A stretch of DNA of 59,460 bases, the filler included, from Sphacelaria rigidula (taxonomy: Eukaryota): the NCBI GenBank assembly GCA_964200075.2. It is 6 parts of 6 records of this genome, joined end to end, with 100 filler letters (N's around TTAATTAATTAA, not from the genome) between each part and the next. Parts side by side here need not be neighbours in the genome. Positions count along the whole stretch, not along the records: positions 1 to 9,827 come from CAXNAA020007673.1; positions 9,928 to 19,754 come from CAXNAA020007674.1; 4 more parts are not named here. One strand, given 5' to 3'. Positions 1-11,335 of the stretch are shown piece by piece; the first letter of the stretch is position 1, and each line of letters starts with the position of its first letter. The notes beneath the pieces were generated by a model. It was not told where the DNA came from and searched no databases. It saw nothing but the letters and a program-made list of their open reading frames with translations. Made by a program: the position numbers and the translations under genes.

Positions 1-12
1 TGGGACTGCATA

Positions 13-210
13 CATATTGCCCGCCCAATATATATTGGTACTGTGGGGTTGAAGACATATTGTCCCATCAATATATATTGGGGCAGCGTTGGCGACAGCA
101 TATTGCACGACCGATATATATTAGGGTCGCGTTGATGAGAACATATTGACCGGTCAATACATATTGGGTCTGCGTTGGTGATGATGTATTGGCCGGTCAA
201 TATATATTGG
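13..210. repeat. 43-bp-period array of YATATTG-N6-CAATATATATTG-N18 (5 units), truncated at the contig start
   Basis: Units start at 13, 56, 99, 142 and 185 (exact 43-bp period). Same motif as the array at 763-1623. Confidence 0.9.
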
Positions 211-701
211 ATGTTTTAAGTATGGAGTACGCTTTGAGAGAGATCCAAACGCGATGGATGCCGGAGCCCGTGCAGATTGGGAAAAGCTTCTAAGGGAGCT
301 GCAGAAGTTCACGTGCATTACTCCGGAAAGTTGTCGAATGCGTTTGATATATATATATGTATACTGGTCAGAAAAAATGGTGACCGAAGAGGCGACCCGA
401 TATATATGCCTCCTGATACCTATCTGGCCACCGGTGTGGGGCCGCCACCCATTCCCTTTCCAGCATGTAGTATAAATATCTTGGCTAAACATCACGACCT
501 CAGAAAACGCGGGTCGATATGCGCCTTTTGGTACCCCTGTGGTTACGAAGTGTATTGATATGCCGCATCTCACGGATTAGATGGCATCGTTTTATTGGCT
601 GGTCAGGTGGTGCAGGTGTCGTTCGAGTAATTTTTCATCCATGTAATTCATTCCTGCTCCCTACCCCTCCCCTCCTCCCCCCAGCTTTGCTGTCTTGCTT
701 A

Positions 702-1644
702 TACCCTGGACACTACAAAATGATCCAATACGATACGAATACTTCGTATTGGAGCCAGCGCAAATATTGTCCTTTCAATATATATTGTGTTGAGATGTCC
801 TCAGAGATATTGAAGCAAAAGCATATATTGCTCGTGTCATGATCATGAAGTAATGTACGTCAATATATATTGGACATGCAGTTGCTCCGAGAATGAAATA
901 TTCAACATATATTGTGCATGCCGGCCGTGTATGTATTGAAGTGTCAATATATATTGAGTCGAGGCGATGCCTAGCATATTGTTACCATGATATATATTGA
1001 ACGCAAACCATGCAGAATTATTGTTTTTCCAATATATAATGCGCACGCTGATCGGATAGCTTTTGTGCAGCCAATATATATTGAACACGCTTGCGGAGGA
1101 ATACATTGAGCATTTTCGGCATGTAAAATACGTCTTTGAATGGCGCCCGCGAACAAAGAACTGCCCACTATACCAATTCCAATACACTTTCCAATCTATA
1201 TGTTGAAAATCAATATATTTTGCTACACCAACATGTAATGTGACCGTCGGTTCCCTCGTGTATTGTCCGCCCAATATATATTGGACCCATTGACGCACGA
1301 CATATTGGGGCGGCAATATATATTGGCGCTTCGGGTGTCGAGTATATTGAATCGTCAATATGTGTTGACCTCGGGTGGCAGCAAATATATTACTCGACAA
1401 GTGTATATTGGTGCCTTCTCGCACCACCATATTTCTCGGCCAATATATTTTGAGGTGGCGCGTGTCGTGATATATTGTTCGGCCAATATATATTGCATGT
1501 CGCGAGCCTTGATATATTGATGGCACAATATATATATTCACCCTATCTCGGGTCATTATGTTGCCCGCCCAATATATATTGACCATCCGACGCGTCGATA
1601 TATGGAGCGAGCAACATATATTACATATTGTATTGTCCAGGGTG
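702..1644. mobile_element. Non-autonomous TIR element (CACTA/CMC-like) filled with a 42-43-bp-period palindromic motif array
   Basis: TIR ACCCTGGACACTACAAAATG (703-722) matches the reverse complement of 1624-1643, ACCCTGGACAATACAATATG, at 18/20. Termini read TACCC/CACCC; flanks are TTA and TGA. About 18-19 internal units of YATATTG-N6-CAATATATATTG-N17/18. Confidence 0.7.
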
Positions 1645-2066
1645 TGATATATATATAATATATATATATGCGCAGTTCACAACGGGTGCGCATTTTACTT
1701 TCTAGCACCCACTCGCACCTACTGCCTGCACGGTTCAGCGTATATGTTCAAAACGATGCACGTCCCAGCATGTCGGGTGTTTTCGAAGCGATCTGGGGAC
1801 ATGTGCTACGTGGGTTTTGTTTTGTTCTGTTTGGCATGCCTTGTACACGCACAAGATAGATGCCTCGAACAAGTTCTAGGTTTCCTGGCGCAACCGTGAA
1901 GGCACTACAGTCTGAAAACACAATTCAGTCTGTACATGATTTGCGACGTGGGATACCACCCCGGTCCGCTTTGAAGCTTGACGCTTGTACATGGGCAGAT
2001 ATGCATACCGTATGAACTTGAAGATCTTAGATTCAAGATCGTCGAGTAGCTCATTATAATTATTTG

Positions 2067-2461
2067 CTCGTCGGATTGCTGACTCCTCGACTCGAGCCGT
2101 TCACCACGACCAATGACTCGAGTGCTCGTCCCATCAATTTTTACACCACGATCAACGACTCGAGTGCCCGCCCTGTTCATTTTTTCCACCACTACGAGTG
2201 ACACGAGTACTCGTCCCATTAATTTCTTCCACCACGACCAATGCCTCGCGTGCTCGCCCTATTCTTTTTTTCCACCACGACCAATGCCTCGAGTACTCGC
2301 CCTATTAATTTTTTCCACCACGACAAATGACTTGAGTACTCGCCCTGTTCATTTTTCCAACCACGACCAATGACTCGAGTGCTCGAGGACCTCCGGCAAC
2401 GGTCCACGAACAGCCGAACGAGTGCGAGTGCCACGAGTCATGCTCGTGCTCGTCCGACGTG
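2067..2461. mobile_element. Small TIR element with 7 tandem 42-43-bp units (CCACGACCAATGACTCGAGTRCTCG + T-tract)
   Basis: Units near 2102, 2144, 2187, 2230, 2273, 2316 and 2359. Ends are CTCGTCGGA (2067) and TCCGACGTG (2453-2461), an 8/9 inverted match with a CAC-type terminus. Confidence 0.6.
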
Positions 2462-2789
2462 CGAAAGGTTTACGGACAGGATAATCCCACCAGATGAAGG
2501 TCAATGCTCATGTCCTGCGACGGAGCTCGTCCCTCCTTGGCACGCACGAATTTCAGCACAAACTAGCGGGCGCAAAAAGTCGCATGTGATGCAATTTGCC
2601 GAAACACAAGTCCAAGTCGGGATGCCATGTACGATGTCGTTGATCGATTTCGGTTCAACGGCCATGATTGCGCTTGTGTGCCGCTGTGACAAGGTGGACC
2701 GGATTAATAGCAGATACTAATTACCAAAAAATGTCAGCCGCCCTCCTTCATTTTTTCCACTATATATATATATATATATATTCCCTCTA

Positions 2790-3055
2790 ATTTTTATTAG
2801 CTCTGTACTTTCCTCTTTTTCCCCCTTTTTTCTTGTTTTACGTCGGCCATTTCTTTCTGTGCTTTGCTTGTGTTGACTTTATTACTTTTTTTTTTACGAC
2901 TTAGTCTTCTATCTGGTTCTGTTAGACCCCTTTTTTTCTGTTCCTTCTTTCTCTCAGAGCGTGTTTCAGTTTCGTCTTTCTTGGGTACGTCTATCATGAG
3001 ACCACCGCTGGACCCCTGGGGGATCAGTTAAAGTGCGACAATCAAATCAATCAAG
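2790..3055 (+). repeat. Retroposon-like 3' tail ending in (AATC)n
   Basis: GGGGGATCAGTT...AATCAAATCAATCAA end; a related tail lies on the minus strand at about 10510-10590. Confidence 0.45.
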
Positions 3056-3129
3056 TAAAAAAACTATTTTTGTCTGAATAGGTACGATGGCAGGGAGCAA
3101 TTGAGTTGTAAATCCAACCTGTGTTTTTA

Positions 3130-3490
3130 ATGAATCGATCATTGAATTCGAGGATCGAGATTTGCATCGTGGATGAGCCCCCAGAACATGAAATGTTCGT
3201 GTCTCCGCCAATTCGTGCAACTACCGCTGGATTCCTGAATCAAGTGCTTGCAATTGCCAAGCACCATGCGCCCCACCAATTTGGATTCCGATAACCGATC
3301 TTTTGGGATCCTGTGGGAAATAACAGTGAGAGGGAGTTTGGGGTGAACAACTGGGGTCCTAAACGAATTTTGCTGTGGTGGAATGTCGGTTGTCCGACCA
3401 AAAAAAAGACGTTCAGGACCCCAAAATTTCGCTCGTCGTTATCTAAAATTGTGTGGCGTATGCTACTTGTCAATAGCTACCTGTCAGCGG
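3130..3490. mobile_element. Old diverged copy of the long-TIR foldback family seen at 47854-48264
   Basis: Shares AATTTGGATTCCGATAACCGA and CAGGACCCC...TTGTCAATAGCTACC blocks with the 47854-48264 element. Confidence 0.55.
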
Positions 3491-3793
3491 AGGAAGTCTA
3501 CCTTATTTCACTATACCATATCACGAGAGCAACATGCAGCACATGGCACTCATCATGTGCCTTCAAGTAATCCGCGCGGCAGTAAAGGTAGCACGTGTGC
3601 TTGGTTCCATTTACGATCTGTACCACGCACAACGAGCTCCGTGCGGTACAGAACAGTGCAACCGGGCATCTTTCGTAGGGTCTACTGTACGGACTGTTTA
3701 GTACCGAATATGCCACAAGTTACTGCTGTGACCCACGATTGACGGGGTGGGACTCCTTCCAAAGATATTTGACATACCGTCGATGCGACGATC

Positions 3794-5356
3794 ATGATCC
3801 ACTCCCCGCGCCGGATGTTACCCATACTGCTGCTATCGCCGTGTATGCCATCGGGCGCAGGTGGGAACGATTGGAGCGACGGACAAGTGCGCGTCGGCGA
3901 AGAGGAGCCGCCAGCTCAAGTAGCAGGAGCGGTACACCCCCCCTGCGCACCCGGCTGTATGGAGGCGGATGAGAGGAGGGACGCGGCCGTCTGGCGTTCG
4001 CCCCACTTGGCGCGGTCTAATGGTGATGCCACTTCCGGCGATGAACCGTCGCCTGGTATCGCCAGCGACGACACACTCGTAGCCGGCGGCGAGCGTCTAC
4101 CGTCGTCGGCGGGCGGCACCTGCCGACGCAGTCGCCGACAGTCTGCAGCGCGAGGAGGAGGTAGTGCGGAAATGCTGCCGGATTTCCTGTGGGGGGAACA
4201 AGGGCCGACGCCACCCCCCTCTACAGAAGAACCGCGTCCTGGGCAGGCCGACGTGTATACCCCCAAAAGGCGGAAACGAGTGTCGCTGTCATGCGGAAAG
4301 GCGACTTGTGGTGCCACGGAAGCGTGGCCGACACCCTGCCCGGTGTGTCCCGGTAATCCCGTGCACTCCGGCAATTTATTGTGCTGCGCGTGCCATCGGC
4401 GGCCGCCGGACGCACGAGGCTCCGAATCCCTATTTCGGCATCTTCCCGATGACGACGCGGTCGCCGACGCGGCGGAACTTTGGAATAAGATATCAGCAAC
4501 GGGCGCAGCGGCCAAGACGGCAATTGTGCCGGGTTGGGTGCCGAGCCGCGAGTGTCTGTGCTTCGCCCCCGATTGCTTCTACGCCCTCCGGAGGAGAGAG
4601 AAGCTGAAGGAGCAGCGGGCGGCGGCGAAATGCGTAGCATGCTGGCGGGCACCAAAATCGGACTTAATGAGAGCCGGGGAAAAGTTTCGACTCAAGCAAG
4701 AATTCTTTCGAGCAACGGATGCTGGGGCGATGCACCGGGGCGGGGAGAGCATCAATCTAAACGCAGACAGTCGCCTCTGCAAAAGCTGTGTCTCTAGATT
4801 TAGCAGGGAAGTCGAGAGCACATTGTTCAAGAGGGGAGAGGACGGCAAGTGGACGGTTCACCAATACCTCCTGCGCCTGGACACCTCCGACGCTCCTGAA
4901 ATAAATGATTCACGTGGGGCGCTTGCCATTGCCTCTCACATTGCTACGCGAAACGTGGTCGCCGAGATTGCCGCCGGGCGCCTCGTCGATCTTGGCGACG
5001 CCATGGATATTGTACGGCAGGCGCGTAGCGAAGCGGGATCAAAAGATATTGCCGAGAGGGCTTTGAGTAACGACGCCGCCAGAATCCTCGACCAAGTCGC
5101 CTCCGCTGTCAGCGGTGTTCACGACCTCTCCTTCTCTGGAGGTGAAGTCGGTCAAGACGAAAGGCGGAAATTTAGGGTACTCATGCCGCTCGTATTCGAT
5201 GAGTGGTTTATTGCGAATCTCTACGCCAGCGAGCGCGAGCTTCGGCGTGAGAGGACCTGGCGAGAAACAGCGCTTTTACGTGCTGCGGAGCAGGAAGGGG
5301 TCGCTGACGCTCCGGAGTTACATCCGCCGGACGGAGGGGACGAGAAGATGGGTTGA
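3794..5356 (+). CDS. Intronless 520-aa Cys-rich protein (several CxxC pairs); probable N-terminal part of a DNA-transposon ORF, possibly Academ-like
   Basis: Long GC-rich ORF with CPVC, CCAC, CVAC and LCKSC motifs. Broken downstream frames continue with transposase-like text (5433-5790, 6432-6590). Confidence 0.5.
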   Translation: MIHSPRRMLPILLLSPCMPSGAGGNDWSDGQVRVGEEEPPAQVAGAVHPPCAPGCMEADERRDAAVWRSPHLARSNGDATSGDEPSPGIASDDTLVAGGERLPSSAGGTCRRSRRQSAARGGGSAEMLPDFLWGEQGPTPPPSTEEPRPGQADVYTPKRRKRVSLSCGKATCGATEAWPTPCPVCPGNPVHSGNLLCCACHRRPPDARGSESLFRHLPDDDAVADAAELWNKISATGAAAKTAIVPGWVPSRECLCFAPDCFYALRRREKLKEQRAAAKCVACWRAPKSDLMRAGEKFRLKQEFFRATDAGAMHRGGESINLNADSRLCKSCVSRFSREVESTLFKRGEDGKWTVHQYLLRLDTSDAPEINDSRGALAIASHIATRNVVAEIAAGRLVDLGDAMDIVRQARSEAGSKDIAERALSNDAARILDQVASAVSGVHDLSFSGGEVGQDERRKFRVLMPLVFDEWFIANLYASERELRRERTWRETALLRAAEQEGVADAPELHPPDGGDEKMG

Positions 5357-6059
5357 CAAGGAGGGTGGCGCATATGTGACGGTTCAAGGGAGGAAGTGCG
5401 GCCGTAGGGACGGAGCCCACACACTTACGCTCTAGTAACGTCGGTCGCCCGGTGATACTGTCGCGCAAATCCCAGCGTCGGGCCCAACGGCGAGGAGTGT
5501 ACTTGACGGCCGTGCTGGATGTATCACCGGCCGAGCGTCATATGTGATGCGCGATGAATTGTTTGATGGTATACTTGTGACAAGTGCGACGAGAGACAAG
5601 GACAATTTGTGTGAAAGCGCCCGGAGTTGCGGGCCGTACGGTGCGACGGTGTTCGTGCGGGAGCGGGGGCGGGTAGAGGCGAGGGTTTTGATGGCGTGCA
5701 GTGGCGTCATTAGTATTGTTGGCGCGGTGCTGTATGGTAACACTTACTCCAGTTTGTATCTGTCACCGAGCGGTGCCATGCATTAAATTTATTATGGTAC
5801 GTTTTCACGGCGCGGAGCGGTTGGGAGATGTGCGCGAGGGACAGCGGGGCACAAAATACCTCTGTCGCGCTTTACGATGTGTCTACTTGTGCGGTGTGCA
5901 CGGATTGCCACCGCCAAGCGATCACGTGCGCACCGACGACCCCCGGGGTTTTCCCCCACCCTTTTCCGTTGTATTATTCCTACTTTTATTAGATTTATTT
6001 CTGTTTTTGTATCGCGACTGAGTGAATTTTCCGGAGCCGATTCAATATTTTATTTCTAT

Positions 6060-6185
6060 TTCACGGGGGTACTTGGTCTGTGACCACGGAAGAAGGCGTC
6101 CGCATCAGATGCCCAGTGTACAGAGTAATGCGCAGATAACGGAGCGGTTTCTGATGTGAAGACAACAACAACGACGACAACTACA
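6060..6185 (+). repeat. LINE/SINE 3' tail with (CAA)n end
   Basis: GTGACCACGGAAG..GCGTCCGCAT.AGATGCCCAGT motif, also at about 32575-32720 (+) and about 24600-24745 (-). Confidence 0.65.
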
Positions 6186-6309
6186 ATTTGGCACATGGGT
6201 AGTGCTTTACAATCCACATCCCAACCAGTCGATAAACACCCACCAAAATCCTGATCGCCATTGGGGGGCTATGATCATGCGAGAGACCAAGGTCCCCCCC
6301 GCCTTTGCA

Positions 6310-6392
6310 GCCTTGCTCCGTCTCGAAAGGGATGCGTGCACAATGGTCAAACGACTAAGGCAAGCAACAAATGAGTACGCCCCCCCCCCGCC
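6310..6392 (+). repeat. 3' tail of the LINE family whose RT copy lies at 29915-32020
   Basis: CGTCTCGAAAGGGATGCGTG..AATGGTCAAACGACTAAGGCAAGCAACAAATGAGTACGCCCCC. Further copies at about 9300-9380, 19855-19964, 22020-22146, 31945-32020 and 39530-39608. Confidence 0.85.
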
Positions 6393-8699
6393 TTTGCAGC
6401 GAGTCACTCGCGTCGGGGCGTTTATACTGCGATGTTCAGCGATCCCGAAGTGGCCACGAAAATACCGCCTGTACCTGGACTGGAAGTTTTTTCATCAGAC
6501 GATACCAAGGATATTAATGTCCTCCGTGCCCCAGCGCTGGGAAAGATGCAGTCAAAAAAGTCGTGCGCCGTCTTAGCTCAAAATTTTCCGTCACAGTCGA
6601 TTTCACTGCAGTGCTGTCGCCGTAATGCCGCGACGGGCTTCAATATTTGACGCAAAGTCTGAGCGATAGATGACCGTCACAATAACCTTGACTGCGGAAG
6701 ACACGCTCACGGTGTTCTAGTGTGACTGCACCCGGAAGTAGGGATGCACATTACTGGTGCACGATCAGCTTTACCCAGTACCCACGCTGCGCCTGTTTAC
6801 CAACGCGGTATTCCGCTGTGTCTCCCCATGGAATTCGCACTGGAGAAGTATACTGTATACAGTATGGAAAATGCGGTCGCGATACAAACGACATGGCCAT
6901 ACTGTACTTTATGCAGTACACCTGTCGCGACATCTTGTCTTTCGCTTCTTCAAAAAATAAAACCAACCATCCATCCTCAAACAATCCTTAATTAATTAAT
7001 TAATTAATTAATTCTAATTATGACTGGGATGATTGTTGTCCAGGTTGCGGAAATTGAATACTAAGAGCAAATGTAAATGAGATGAAGTCCGCAAAACGCC
7101 GTCGGGGAAAGATCAATATCTTCACGTGGAAGCATGTGACCGCAGAATATCCGGTTGATTGTGGTGGAAGAAAACTACAGCAACCTCCACGGTCACTCTC
7201 ACACCGCCGTGATGAGGCGTAGGAAAAGTCTGGCACTGTAATGGAAGGGACGTTGCCCACTGCCCGATCAGGTTCGCAGTGCTCGTTGCCTGAACACACT
7301 CTCCTCTTTGGCTACTCTGCGCGGCCGCGTGTTGCTCGACACCGCGCCTGGCCCTCGACGGCATCTGCCTGCAACATATGAAGAACCTTCACTGTTGGAT
7401 ATCTCTCGTCTTGGTGCCAGCCTCGAGCGACAGGGAGCCAACGTAAACAAGGCTGGCAAGATCTACCCCTGGCTCCGCACGGATTCCTTACCCTTTAGAA
7501 CTGCCATTAGAAAGTGTTCTGGTTTTCGGAACCACTACGGCATCGCGCAAAATCATCGTTTCAAGCCACGTTGCGCTCAGAACGCCTCGGAGCGTCGCAG
7601 CTGCTGCGTCAACACGAACCTGCGGCTTTAAGCCACACATACGTCAAGTTTCAGCATCATCAGACGCCAGGTGTGCTGGGTTGGTGTGCTTGACCTCCAA
7701 AATACCGCCTCCATAATATTGAAAAGGAACAACACTGCTGTTCCTTTATTTTCATATTTTCCCTCCCTATCTAGACTTTCCTCCGACAACTCTTCCGCTG
7801 ATGTTTTCATCTCGGGGGGGACGTGTATCTTGTGACCCACAGCTGGATTCATCGCCGGTCACTTAACGCGCGATACTCAAGCAACCCAATCCATCAGCCA
7901 GGCAGTCACCCAATGCGTCCGATCTCGCCAGCAATCAACCCCGTCCGAGGGGAGGTAACGAAACAAGATAAATATGTAGAATCGACTACTACTTCCCTCT
8001 GTTCTTGACCGCTTTACCACCATCACCTCCACGCCGTGCACACGATCCGAGAAAAGGGATAGCTAGAAGAAACAGAAAAATAGATACCGGACATGGGCTA
8101 TCTCCTCCAAAGAAACAGCACTAACGGAGTCATCCTGCACTAGTGCGAGGCGGTGGAGGTGAGGGGTGGGGAGGGCGGGGGGTACCGTACATGGTGTAGC
8201 TGCAGATACGTAGCCATACAATGACACCGACACTTTTCAAGGAACATTGCGGCATGCTCAGATGTAAAAAAACTCTGGGTGACTGACTTGACAATAACAT
8301 AAATCTGTATCGACAAAGGGGAGCGTCGTCAAAATGTTGCACCAACGGATCCAGCCATGGCATGCTCTTCCTGCTTGCCTCTTGGGATTAACCCTTTAAG
8401 GGCCAGCAGATGGACATCTCAATCCTGACATTCATCTTCGAAGTCATATTCCAAACGATATAGTGCTGCTCCAACAGAATAACAGAATGATATAATAACA
8501 CACACAAACAAACACCGGGAGGTCAAGCGGTTCAACGCAAAAAAACGCGCAAGGTAGTTGCAGAGGTCAACGTATCCCGCGGCCATGCAGGTATGGTTAA
8601 CCGCTTTCACCCACCGACATGTTGCCGGACGATGGACTCCCTTCCCTCGACAATATGAGGGATATAACCCCCCCCTCCCCGCCAGCGTGTCATACATAT

Positions 8700-8905
8700 G
8701 CAAGATGAACAGTACGCTTAGGGCCGAACAATCCCAGCAGGATGCAGCTCACCCTTCAGGCAACTCGCCGAGCACATCACGGCGCTTTGCGCTTGGTGAC
8801 TGCGAGCACGGTCCGGCGAGAACCCGGCGTGCTTCATCCCGGCTTTGTAGGGATGCGAGGTTAATGGCCTTATGAATTCGCCATGCAAGATCACGAGTAC
8901 ACCCC
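8700..8905 (+). repeat. 3' end of a second LINE family
   Basis: GGGCCGAACAATC..GGATGCAGCTCACCCTTCA...GTAGGGATGCGAGGT motif, repeated at 28765-28985 (-), 29580-29681 and 29782-29860. Confidence 0.75.
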
Positions 8906-9827
8906 ATCGCTCGCGTGCTACGGCTTACTGGCCGCCCTGCCTGCCCCCTACCTCCTGCCCCCGTCCCCTTGCTCAAACGCCTCCGCCATCACAATCACCT
9001 ACACGCTGTACACAGATCCAAAACACAACGCGACAGGGACCAGACACTGATAACCCCCACCACCCAAAACCACACGAATGGAGTCGTCCCGCACTAAGGG
9101 TCCGGACACGGCGCGGGGATCATCAAATTGTTGCGAAAACGAATAAGCCAGCCACAGCCGTAGCACATGCCCTTGATTTTTTTCACCCCATCACCTAGAA
9201 TCAAGGGTAAGCACAGCGGAACCTATCCACACGACGGCCATGTAGGCAGAGCCCACTCCGAGGCAACGAATGATCCCTCACCCCCCACCCCTCACCCCCA
9301 CTGCTCCGTCTTGAAGGGGATGCGTGGTCAACAGTCATCTGGCTACAGCAAGAAACAAACGAGTACGCCTCCTTCACCGCCATCCCCTTCCAGGGTGAGA
9401 TGATGGTTCATTGACCGCGCCGCCCTCGCCCCTTTTCTCGACCGCGCCCGCTCCGACCACCACCACCACGACCTCCACCACCCCTTCCCCTACCAGCGCT
9501 TGGCTTAGAGCTACCCCAGGCCCTATTTCTGCCTCCCGGTCCCGTTTTACCCGTGGTGCCCTTCCAGTTGCTATTAGATGATGACGATGGATTTGCGGAG
9601 TTTTTCGCGGGGCGTTTATTTGGGTTTCTCGAAGGGTTCGGGGAGCTGGGATCGTCCGAGTCTTCGCCAGAATCTTCTTCCGAGTCATCGTAGCCCGACT
9701 TTTTTCGAAGCTCGTGTTCGTACTGGTCTTCGGTTAGCTTCTTGTTACGGAGCTTTTTGTACCTTTAATTATAGGGCGCACGCGCACGGGAGGGGGGGGG
9801 GGAGGGGGGGGGTACTCATGATCATGC

Positions 9828-9927
9828 NNNNNNNNNNNNNNNNNNNNNNNNNNNNNNNNNNNNNNNNNNNNTTAATTAATTAANNNNNNNNNNNNNNNNN
9901 NNNNNNNNNNNNNNNNNNNNNNNNNNN
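9828..9927. other. Artificial contig linker (44N-TTAATTAATTAA-44N)
   Basis: Identical 100-bp spacer with stops in all six frames. Confidence 0.98.
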
Positions 9928-10015
9928 CCTGGGTGTCTCACCATGGACCCACTACGTAGTACGATCATTCCCATTGTGTGGAGTTGAGGTTGTCCCACGG
10001 AGGGGGGGGGGGGGG
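9928..10015 (+). repeat. Repeat tail shared with the start of contig 6 (49635-49705)
   Basis: CTGGGTGTCTCACCAT...CACTACGT.GTACGATCAT..CATTGTG.GGAGTTGAGGTT..CCCACG at both contig starts. Confidence 0.7.
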
Positions 10016-11298
10016 CAAACGAGTGTAACATGAGAAAACAATAGAGAGAGCAAGGGGAGCTAGCAGCACACAGAAACACTACAAAACACAGACTCTGAAA
10101 ACAGGCACCAACACACAGGACACAACGGGACACATACACAAGAGGCATATACACGGCAGATACACAAGACGCATGAACACAACAGACTACTGCCGAGATA
10201 ACCACCCTCCCGAACCGGCCAAAAAAGTGCACGGAGGCGATCATCATAAATGCGGTTGGAGCTGGTTTCGTGCTGCACGACACGACTCATTTGGGTGTTT
10301 TAGCTGATTTCGGACTGCTACATGTCTCTCATGTGGGCTAGAGTGCGGCAAACGAGCCCAATAGTGGGATCGCAGCCGGTTTGTCGGACGGTCTCCGGTG
10401 CGCTTTTTGTGGGGGGGCTATCCCGGCACTATTTGACTTACACAGGACGCATGGACACGACACACGACACATACAAAAACAACGCTCAACACTCAAACTA
10501 TAGACACTATTGATTGATTAATTAAATAATTGTTTGATTGATTGAAATGTGGCACTGCAACTGACTCCCACCCCCAAGGGATCCAACCATAAATAAAACT
10601 AAAACTAGACTAAACTAAACTAAAACAGAAACACTCGCTAAAAAAATAGATGAAACAGAAAAAGTCGAACAGAACGAAGAAAATAATTAGACCATCATAC
10701 ACAAGAACAATCGACGGTAGGAACACGTCTTTCTGCTCACGTTGTGCGGAAGTTGGGGGTCTTGGGCATGGTGAGCGCTCTCCGGCCCGTGGAACTCGCA
10801 CGCGGCTGTTTGGATTGCTGCGGTTGTGGCTGAAGGGCCTGCCCCGTCGATGTCCGCCTGTTCCCGCCTGCACACAAGGGAACAGGATACGACAAGAACA
10901 GCAAGCGCGGTCATTATCGTCATCAATCAACTTACTGATAAGATTCCAGCTCAAAGGGGCGAGAACGTGTGGGAGTACAAAATATTAAAGCAGACAGTGT
11001 CCACCACCGCCCGTATTACTCGAGTGCATAGTCCTAGATTATATACAAGTGACATGGTCGGAAAATGTACTGCATACAGTCTGCAATATTTTTTCTTGTC
11101 TTTTGTAATAATAGACGCCAAAGTCGTACTGAACGTAGCACACTTCTTGACAACGCAATTTTTTATCGAGGGTGTGGTGCATAGTACAATCAACCACAAA
11201 CCGAGAAAAAGACTAAGCAACGGCATGGCCTGTTGAGGCGACCTATAATGGAGTTTTGGCCGTACATTTATGCTCGATGTTTTCGAACAAACCAACAG

Positions 11299-11335
11299 TA
11301 ACGCTAACGCTAACCCTAACCCTAACCCCAACCCA
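11299..11335. repeat. Short interstitial telomere-like (CCCTAA)n tract
   Basis: TAACGCTAACGCTAACCCTAACCCTAACCCCAACCC. Confidence 0.6.

Noticed and set aside
843-1586. 247-aa ORF over the array
   Set aside because: Antisense read-through of the periodic motif (recurrent QYIL/NIYW); no independent coding evidence.
13-1640. CRISPR array
   Set aside because: Eukaryotic context, no cas genes, degenerate bipartite repeats, spacers only 6 and 17-18 nt, and the main array is enclosed by TIRs.
6988-7013. (TTAA)n as another assembly linker
   Set aside because: No flanking N runs and off the 9.9-kb spacing; treated as a natural microsatellite.
8388-8415. piggyBac terminus (TTAA-CCCTTT)
   Set aside because: No matching opposite end or transposase on the same contig.
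11299-11335. True telomere
   Set aside because: Only about six degenerate units, internal to the contig.
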